In this document: piece by piece, positions 57,688 through 64,000 of the stretch
Numbering within the stretch: the stretch's first letter is position 1
Layout of the letters: every line of letters starts with the position of its first letter
Assembly: GCA_038209155.1 (NCBI GenBank)
Contig: JBBQYA010000002.1
Span: 3,862-67,861, forward strand
From: Sphingobacteriales bacterium
Lineage (GTDB): Bacteria > Bacteroidota > Bacteroidia > Sphingobacteriales > Sphingobacteriaceae
Length of the DNA stretch: 64,000 bases
Direction of reading: 5' to 3'
The notes under the pieces: model-generated
What the model saw: only the letters and a program-made list of their open reading frames with translations
The model's database searches: none
What the model was told of the DNA's origin: nothing
Program-made: the position numbers and the translations under genes

Positions 57688-57714
57688 AAAAAAAAATCGG
57701 CTATTAACCGATTT
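57688..57714 (-). terminator. Rho-independent terminator after the thioredoxin-like gene
   Basis: The minus strand reads AAATCGG-TTAATAG-CCGATTT followed by T9. Confidence 0.7.
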
Positions 57715-57736
57715 TAATTTTTTATCGAAAAAAATA

Positions 57737-58288
57737 TTATTTCAGAAATAATTTCAATTCGTTTTCTAAGCTTGCACCCCGAAGATTTTTTGCAATGATT
57801 TTTCCACTTCCATCTATTAAAAAATTGGTAGGAATAGCCTCAACCATATAAGATGCAGCCGCTGGAGAATTCCAACCAGCTAAATCTCCTACATGATAAG
57901 TCCATTTTAAATTATCTTTTACAATAGCCGCTTTCCAAGCCTCAGCTTTAGTATCCAATGAAACACTATAAACGGTAAAACCATTTCCGTTTTTAAATTT
58001 CTTGTCTTTATATTGATCAAAAGCATTTACAACCGTAGGATTTTCTTTTCTGCACGGACCGCACCAAGACGCCCAAAAATCAATTAAAACAACTTTTTTT
58101 CTTAACGAAGAAAGCTTGATCTCTTTACCATTTGGATCTTTTAAAATAATTTCTGGTGCTGTGTCGCCAACTTTTATTCCAGTAGTTGCACTTTTAATTT
58201 CTGTTTTTTTGGGAATAATAAAACTAAACCCGATAAAAGCTATGGCAGCTACTATTACTGCCAGCGTTAATTTTTTTGTACTATTCAT
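57737..58288 (-). CDS. TlpA/ResA-family thiol:disulfide oxidoreductase
   Basis: N-terminal anchor plus a thioredoxin fold with WASWCGPCRKENP. Confidence 0.85.
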   Translation of the reverse strand: MNSTKKLTLAVIVAAIAFIGFSFIIPKKTEIKSATTGIKVGDTAPEIILKDPNGKEIKLSSLRKKVVLIDFWASWCGPCRKENPTVVNAFDQYKDKKFKNGNGFTVYSVSLDTKAEAWKAAIVKDNLKWTYHVGDLAGWNSPAAASYMVEAIPTNFLIDGSGKIIAKNLRGASLENELKLFLK

Positions 58289-58977
58289 AAGTTTTCTATT
58301 TCTATTCGTTCTTCTATTATTTTACCGTTTTCGCATCTGATAATTCTGGAAGGGAAACGTTCAATCATTCTGTAATCGTGTGTTGCCATTAAAACTGCTG
58401 TGCCGTTTCTGCAAATTTCTTTTAGCAATAGCATGATTTCTACAGATGTATCTGGATCTAAATTTCCAGTGGGTTCATCCGCTAAAATTATTTCTGGATT
58501 GTTTACCAATGCTCTTGCAATTACAACTCTTTGCTGTTCACCACCAGAAAGTTCGTATGGCATTTTGTTTATTTTGTTTTCCAAGCCTACCAAAGCCATT
58601 ACATCTTCTATTCTTTGTTTGATAGATAATTCATTGTTCCAACCGGTAGCATGCATCACAAACTCCAAATTTTTTCCAGTCGTTCTGTCTGTTAATAATT
58701 GAAAATCCTGAAAAACGATCCCTAATTTTCTTCTTAAAAATGGAATTTCTTGGTCTTTGATCGTATTTAAATCAAATCCTGCTACATTTCCTTGACCATT
58801 TTCAATTGAAATATCGCCATAAATTGTTCTGAGCAAACTGCTTTTTCCACTTCCTGTTTGACCGATCATGAATACAAATTCGCCACTATGAATAGCAAGA
58901 TTTACATCATATAAAACTTGATGATCATGATGGAAAACATCCACATTTTTTAAACTTATTACAGAATGATCTTCCAT
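58285..58977 (-). CDS. ftsE: Cell-division ABC ATPase FtsE
   Basis: Walker A GQTGSGKSS, Q-loop, signature LSGGEQQR and Walker B ILADEPTGNLD. The 230-aa length and FLRRKLGIVFQDF are typical of FtsE. No adjacent ftsX. Confidence 0.75.
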   Translation of the reverse strand: MEDHSVISLKNVDVFHHDHQVLYDVNLAIHSGEFVFMIGQTGSGKSSLLRTIYGDISIENGQGNVAGFDLNTIKDQEIPFLRRKLGIVFQDFQLLTDRTTGKNLEFVMHATGWNNELSIKQRIEDVMALVGLENKINKMPYELSGGEQQRVVIARALVNNPEIILADEPTGNLDPDTSVEIMLLLKEICRNGTAVLMATHDYRMIERFPSRIIRCENGKIIEERIEIENL

Positions 58978-59180
58978 TACATAGATATTTTTTGAATAAT
59001 GCCAAAAGGCATCTGTTGAAAATAGTTTGTTAATTCAAGAGTTCGTGCACCTAACCCACATTTTTCTAATGCTTTTTCTGGTCTATCTACTCTAAAATAG
59101 GCGAGAAGCGTAAACTTGTCATCGCGAAGTTGAATATAATCTGGAATTTTGGCTACGCCTTTTACTTTGATTGCGTACAA
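58977..59180 (-). CDS. Small hypothetical protein (67 aa), translationally coupled to ftsE
   Basis: Its stop overlaps the ftsE start (minus strand TAATG). TTG start. No motif recognised. Confidence 0.4.
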   Translation of the reverse strand: MYAIKVKGVAKIPDYIQLRDDKFTLLAYFRVDRPEKALEKCGLGARTLELTNYFQQMPFGIIQKISM

Positions 59181-59194
59181 AATGAAATATAAAA

Positions 59195-59485
59195 TTAAAT
59201 TAAAGGCTGAACTTTTAAATGATGAAATTTTGATTTGCGATTTCTGAAAAATTCATCCATATCAGCTTTCATAATACTCATTCTGACTTTTAACGTTCCA
59301 AAACGAGTATTTAGCATATCATCATAATTTTTGTCGGATGCTATACCAAAGACTTTTTCCAACTCTTCATGAAATTCTTCTTGAGTATGTTGTTTCAAAT
59401 GCTGTATCATAAGCTCTGCAACTTCAGTTGCCTGATCTTGAGTTAGTTCAGTTTTTTTTGAAATTTTGTCAACCAATGATTCCAT
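59195..59485 (-). CDS. Small acidic helical hypothetical protein (96 aa)
   Basis: ATG-initiated ORF 14 nt upstream of the 67-aa ORF on the same strand. No motif recognised. Confidence 0.45.
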   Translation of the reverse strand: MESLVDKISKKTELTQDQATEVAELMIQHLKQHTQEEFHEELEKVFGIASDKNYDDMLNTRFGTLKVRMSIMKADMDEFFRNRKSKFHHLKVQPLI

Positions 59486-59530
59486 TGCTTCGAGGTTAAT
59501 TTTATGTAAAGTTAAACTTCTTTTTTGTGT

Positions 59531-60547
59531 TTACTGTAAATTTTCTAAAAATTTTGGAATGTCCACTCCATCTGCATAATCCATAAGTCCGGGTTGCTGA
59601 GTACTGCCAAAAGGAATCGAGTTTTCTATTTCTAAAGAACTTACCAAACATTGAAGTGAGTTTGAATTCTCCTTCAAATAATGCTTTAAAGTATTTAAAT
59701 CGCTATATTTTTCGTAATAAATTACAGAAATTGGACTTTGAAAACTCGTATTTTCTGCAATGCTTAAAAACTCGTTTGCTAAATGTTCTGCTTTATTCAT
59801 CAAAAGTAAAGTTCGATTATAATCGTAATTATTTTTGTACTTGAAATGAGAATCTATTTCTTTAAAATGATAAGAAGCATCAAATAATGGACTGAAATTA
59901 TAATCTTCCGGCACATAAATTTTAGAAACACTTCTACAACCTAAACCAAAATAGGTGAAAATATCCGAACAAAGATTTTTTAATTCTGTTTCTGATTCTT
60001 TACCATCTAAAACAGCAGCCGAATTTCTGTTTTTACGAATCACATGTGGATATTTTCCAAAATAATAATCGAAATATCTGGCTGTATTATTACTTCCGGT
60101 GGCAATTACTGCATCAAAATTGGCAAGTCTATCCGTAAATATAATTTCATCTTTCCATTCAGGATTTATGGAAACTAATTTTTCCAACACAAAACGGATA
60201 AGCAAATTATCTTGAGAAGAAAGTTTAATCATCGCTTTATGACCAGCTATTAATACACATAAAACATCATGGAAACCTACTAAAGGAATATTTCCAGCTA
60301 AAATGAGTCCAATTGTTTTTTGATTTTTATTATCGACTGGTAAATTTGGATAATGATTTAACCATTCAGAAAGATTTTTTTCGGTTAATAAATGACCAAA
60401 TGCATGAAAAGAAAGTGTAGAATTTTCTTTTGTAAACCAATTATTAATTTTTGATGCTTGAAGCATTACTTCATTAATTTCTGTTGAAGCTGATAATAAA
60501 ATTTGACCTAATTGTTCAAAATCCTTAATAATTGCACTACGTTGCAT
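59531..60547 (-). CDS. LuxC-like acyl-CoA reductase family protein
   Basis: ...GLILAGNIPLVGFHD... and ...YFGLGCRSVSKIYVP... match my memory of the roughly 340-aa Bacteroidota acyl-CoA reductase family. These genes usually sit divergent from a ferredoxin gene, as here. Confidence 0.6.
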   Translation of the reverse strand: MQRSAIIKDFEQLGQILLSASTEINEVMLQASKINNWFTKENSTLSFHAFGHLLTEKNLSEWLNHYPNLPVDNKNQKTIGLILAGNIPLVGFHDVLCVLIAGHKAMIKLSSQDNLLIRFVLEKLVSINPEWKDEIIFTDRLANFDAVIATGSNNTARYFDYYFGKYPHVIRKNRNSAAVLDGKESETELKNLCSDIFTYFGLGCRSVSKIYVPEDYNFSPLFDASYHFKEIDSHFKYKNNYDYNRTLLLMNKAEHLANEFLSIAENTSFQSPISVIYYEKYSDLNTLKHYLKENSNSLQCLVSSLEIENSIPFGSTQQPGLMDYADGVDIPKFLENLQ

Positions 60548-60588
60548 ATTCTTTACTATTCTCTAAATCTGATAAGTGTTTAATTTAT

Positions 60589-60596
60589 TATATTTG
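60589..60596 (+). promoter_or_regulatory. Candidate -7 box (TAnnTTTG)
   Basis: TATATTTG lies in the divergent spacer, 66 nt upstream of the ferredoxin ATG. Confidence 0.3.
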
Positions 60597-60656
60597 CGCT
60601 TTATGCAAAAACAATTTGCAAAGCTAAGGTTTAATAAACAGTAAAATCAAGGATAG

Positions 60657-61016
<360 letters not shown>

Positions 61017-61038
61017 AAAATCATATAATTGAACAATA

Positions 61039-61070
61039 AAAGGGATAACAGAAACGCTATCCCTTTTTTT
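61039..61070 (+). terminator. Rho-independent terminator after the ferredoxin gene
   Basis: AAAGGGATA-ACAGAAACGC-TATCCCTTT running into T7. Confidence 0.75.
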
Positions 61071-61090
61071 ATATCTCAAAAATCTATTCT

Positions 61091-61879
61091 ATGAAATCTG
61101 AATTTGGTATTTGTTGCTTATCCGTAATTCCAGTTCGATTAGAGCCATCAGACCAATCAGAAATGATAAGTCAATTACTGTTTGGAGATCATTTCTTGAT
61201 TGAAGAAGAAAATGGAACTTGGATTAAAATTAAAACTTGGTTTGATGAATATGAAGGTTGGATAGATCGAAAGCAATGTTTTATTTTATTGGAAGACGAG
61301 TATCAGAATTTATGTGTTTTCCCAAATTATATTAGCACAGCTTATCTGAATGAAGTAAAAGATCCAGAAAATAAAAAATTATTTATCCCTTTAGGTTGTT
61401 CCCTTCCAGAATTTAATGGAAATCAAGTAATTTTAGCAAGTCGAGAATATAACTACTTAGGAGAAGCAAAATTTGCTTCAGATTTTACTCAACAAAATTT
61501 AGAAAATTTTTCCGGTTTATATTTAAATAGTCCTTATTTATGGGGAGGAAAATCTCCAGCTGGTATAGATTGTTCGGGATTTACCCAAATAATATTCAAA
61601 TTAATGGGAATAAAACTACCAAGAGATGCTTATCAGCAAGCAGAAAAGGGTGCGCTTGTTCATTTTGCAGAAGAGATTGTCCCTGGCGATTTATTATTTT
61701 TTGATAATGAAGAAGGAAGAATCACTCATGTTGGAATTGCATTAAACAACCAAAACATTATTCATGCTTCTGGAAAAGTACGAATAGACCAATTTGACCA
61801 TGTTGGTATTTTTAATAAAGAGTATAAAAAATATAGTCATAAATTAAGAATTGTTAAGAGAATGGGGATAATAGGTTGA
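61091..61879 (+). CDS. NlpC/P60 (C40) peptidoglycan peptidase with an N-terminal SH3-like domain
   Basis: Catalytic block YLWGGKSPAGIDCSGF with a downstream HVGI and H. The N-terminus ...GDHFLIEEENGTWIKIKT is SH3b-like. Confidence 0.85.
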   Translation: MKSEFGICCLSVIPVRLEPSDQSEMISQLLFGDHFLIEEENGTWIKIKTWFDEYEGWIDRKQCFILLEDEYQNLCVFPNYISTAYLNEVKDPENKKLFIPLGCSLPEFNGNQVILASREYNYLGEAKFASDFTQQNLENFSGLYLNSPYLWGGKSPAGIDCSGFTQIIFKLMGIKLPRDAYQQAEKGALVHFAEEIVPGDLLFFDNEEGRITHVGIALNNQNIIHASGKVRIDQFDHVGIFNKEYKKYSHKLRIVKRMGIIG

Positions 61880-62111
61880 GTTAAAATTTTTTAGATTCAA
61901 ATCTAAAAATCTATTTTTAAATCTTTCATCTAATAATCTTTTATTAAATAAAATATTTTTTTTACAAAGTTATTAAATAGTAGTATCATTATTTTAGTTG
62001 CCAGTATTTTTCAATTATTTTAATAAAAGGATGTAATGTACTTATTTTTATTTTTTATGTTTTATTAAAAATTATTATTGATCCAATTTTTTAGATACTT
62101 TAGTTGATCAT

Positions 62112-62513
62112 ATGAAAGATTTAATAATCACAGAGCCATTTAAAAAGCCTGAATATTACCACACAACGGTTTTACCAATCAAAAAAGGGAAAGATTTTTT
62201 ATTGCTAAGGTTATATGACATAACCTATCTGAAAGGAGACGGTGCTTACTCTAAAATTTATATTCAAAAAAATGGAATTGAAAACCTTCACTATCACCAT
62301 ACTTGCAAAGCGCTTGGTTTTTATGAAAAAACATTTCCAATATATTCATTTTTAAGGGTTCACAATAGTTTTATTGTTAATTTGGATAAAATTGTATATA
62401 TCAGAACAAAAGGAGGTTGGGTTTTAGAATTGGTAGATTCAACTATAATAAAAGTAGCCGATTCACATAAAATGGAATTGCTCAAAAGACTTGGACTTAA
62501 ACCCGAACTATGA
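62112..62513 (+). CDS. Stand-alone LytTR DNA-binding domain protein
   Basis: ...LRLYDITYLKGDGAYSKIYI...FLRVHNSFIVNLDKI... follows the LytTR pattern. At 133 aa it has no receiver or membrane domain. Confidence 0.75.
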   Translation: MKDLIITEPFKKPEYYHTTVLPIKKGKDFLLLRLYDITYLKGDGAYSKIYIQKNGIENLHYHHTCKALGFYEKTFPIYSFLRVHNSFIVNLDKIVYIRTKGGWVLELVDSTIIKVADSHKMELLKRLGLKPEL

Positions 62514-62671
62514 ACGAAAATTAACTATCCGTTAAATGATTAAGCACATTTGTTAAGTATTGTATACAATCTAGTTTTATAACAATATCTTTATTATAAA
62601 ATTTATTATAAACTATTAGCTATGGAAAATTTAAAAAGACAATTATTTGTTACAATAAAATTAAATAAGGT

Positions 62672-63346
62672 ATGAAAAGTTATCTAACCATTTTACTTAC
62701 AGTTTATGCATTGGGTATAAATGCTCAGAGTATACAACAAAAATTGTTTGGAGGTAAAAATCGGATAGAAGTTGGTAATACCTATGCGAATTTTTTTAAA
62801 AATGATCGATTCAACAAAAATAAAAATGTTAGAGTCCAAGCGTATTTTGGATATACGCGAATTATTAAAAAAACACATTTAATCTCTCTTAATTTTCGCC
62901 TCTATGAAGCATATTTTAAAAATAATTATTCTATTGGCGAAGTCGAATCGAGTTTTTTCGATGTAGTGGGTATTCAATATGGGAGAAAATTTAACTATAA
63001 ACAAATAGAAATAATTCCTTTTGCAGGAATTAATTATCGATATTTTGGTTTAGAATCTGCCATATTTGGGTATAGAGATCCAGTAAATAAGTTTGAGCCA
63101 TTATTTGCTGATTTAAAATACAATTCAGTAGGAGGTTCAGTTGGGTTAGATGCAAATTATTATATTTTCAAAAATTTAGGTGTAGGAGTTAAGTATTATT
63201 ATGCAAACTTTCCATTTGAAAATGGGAAGTTAATTGCTGGTGGTGATGCAAGTAGAGGTGATCAACCAAGTCAATCTATTATTGAAAATTATAAACCAAT
63301 AACAGAAATGTTTAATCTTCATCTTAAACTTATTGGTCGGTTTTAA
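62672..63346 (+). CDS. Small outer-membrane beta-barrel-like protein, paralog A
   Basis: Signal peptide MKSYLTILLTVYALGINAQS and an alternating aromatic strand pattern. It is a paralog of the next gene. Confidence 0.6.
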   Translation: MKSYLTILLTVYALGINAQSIQQKLFGGKNRIEVGNTYANFFKNDRFNKNKNVRVQAYFGYTRIIKKTHLISLNFRLYEAYFKNNYSIGEVESSFFDVVGIQYGRKFNYKQIEIIPFAGINYRYFGLESAIFGYRDPVNKFEPLFADLKYNSVGGSVGLDANYYIFKNLGVGVKYYYANFPFENGKLIAGGDASRGDQPSQSIIENYKPITEMFNLHLKLIGRF

Positions 63347-63476
63347 TTGTTGTAATAGTTTAAAACAACAATTAAGCAATGCTGAAATTAACATTGCATC
63401 ATTGAGCGTTGGTATTTACACCATTAGCATCAAAACAGATAAATGGGCAAAGAATGTGAAATTCGTAAAACAATAA
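63303..63476 (+). pseudogene. Start-less relic of a T9SS C-terminal sorting domain
   Basis: The open frame with no start codon ends ...LKQQLSNAEINIASLSVGIYTISIKTDKWAKNVKFVKQ*. This is the last roughly 35 aa of a Por_Secre_tail (the ...GIY.I.I.T......K..K motif). Its 5' end overlaps the end of paralog A out of frame. Confidence 0.55.
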
Positions 63477-63479
63477 GGT

Positions 63480-64000
63480 ATGAAAAGTTATCTAATCATT
63501 TTACTTACACTTTATGCATTGGATATAAATGCTCAGAGTTTACAACAAAAATTGTTTGGAAGCAAAAATCGGATAGAAGTTGGATCTACTGGAATGCATT
63601 TTTTTTCTCAAAAAATTTCAAAATCACACAAGCCCACAACCGATAAGATTTATATTGGATATTCAAGAATTTTCAATTCAAATAATATTATCTCTTTAGA
63701 TTATATTGAATTTTCAGGTAGCTTTAATAACTGGAAAATCGGAGATATAAGTGGTACCTATGCTGAATCTTCGCAGTTAGCTATGGAAGAATTTTCAACT
63801 ATTCATTGATTGAAATCATCCCATCATTTGGACTATCTTACCGTTATGATGGTTTAGAACTTATTTCATTTGCAGAAAGAAACCCTGGACTTCCTTGGTC
63901 TGAACCCATATTCGCTACTTTGAGATATAATAGCATAGGTATCAAAGGAGGTTTTGATTTAAATTATTTTTTCGCAAAAAATATGGGATTGGGAGCTAAG
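63480..64000 (+). pseudogene. Paralog B of the small beta-barrel gene, interrupted by a 1-nt frameshift near 63765-63775; runs off the right edge
   Basis: Frame 1 gives MKSYLIILLTLYALDINAQS...GDISGTYAESS, then drifts to a stop at 63807-63809. The shifted frame reads ...IFAVSYGRIFNYSLIEIIPSFGLSYRYDGLE...FATLRYNSIGIKGGFDLNYFFAKNMGLGAK. That is colinear with paralog A (...VVGIQYGRKFNYKQIEIIPFAGINYRYFGLE...FADLKYNSVGGSVGLDANYYIFKNLGVGVK). Confidence 0.65.

Noticed and set aside
57526-57736. CIRCE (TTAGCACTC-N9-GAGTGCTAA) heat-shock operator upstream of grpE-dnaJ
   Set aside because: No match or near match occurs in this spacer or upstream of dnaJ.

Overview
AT-rich, densely coding chromosomal segment. 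Gene content and synteny fit Bacteroidota, most like Flavobacteriia. Supporting blocks are hydrolase-CBS-nadK-DUF6089-like-uppS-bamA-skp-skp-murI, the ubiE-porT pair, exbB-exbD-tonB-folC, several T9SS C-terminal sorting domains and four CarboxypepD_reg-type TonB-dependent receptors. I support about 58 protein genes. I saw no rRNA or tRNA, no CRISPR array, and no transposase, integrase, phage or recognisable defence genes. Most of the window is envelope and housekeeping core. Five places deserve a second look. (1) At 27.1-31.8 kb an ECF sigma factor breaks off inside its region 4.2 helix and continues in frame into a repeat plus beta-rich domain. It sits upstream of a TonB-dependent receptor/DUF4249 pair, there is no FecR-type anti-sigma, and an identical GGGTA-N13-TTGTCATA motif precedes both transcription units. 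(2) At 48.0-54.6 kb a tight four-gene outer-membrane operon encodes a lipoprotein, a 939-aa TonB-dependent receptor, a PorV/PorQ-like barrel and an NHL propeller lipoprotein. It has no SusD partner and I know of no described function. (3) At 33-42.4 kb a TPR lipoprotein, barrel, HU/SPOR protein and ExbB-ExbD-TonB form a possible envelope module. (4) At 13.36-13.49 kb a GC-rich structured island lies in an AT-rich spacer and is a possible small RNA. (5) At the right edge a small accessory patch holds a stand-alone LytTR protein, two tandem mosaic paralogs (one frameshifted) and a start-less T9SS CTD relic. All functional calls come from reading motifs in the translations and from remembered family features and synteny. 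No database search was run.
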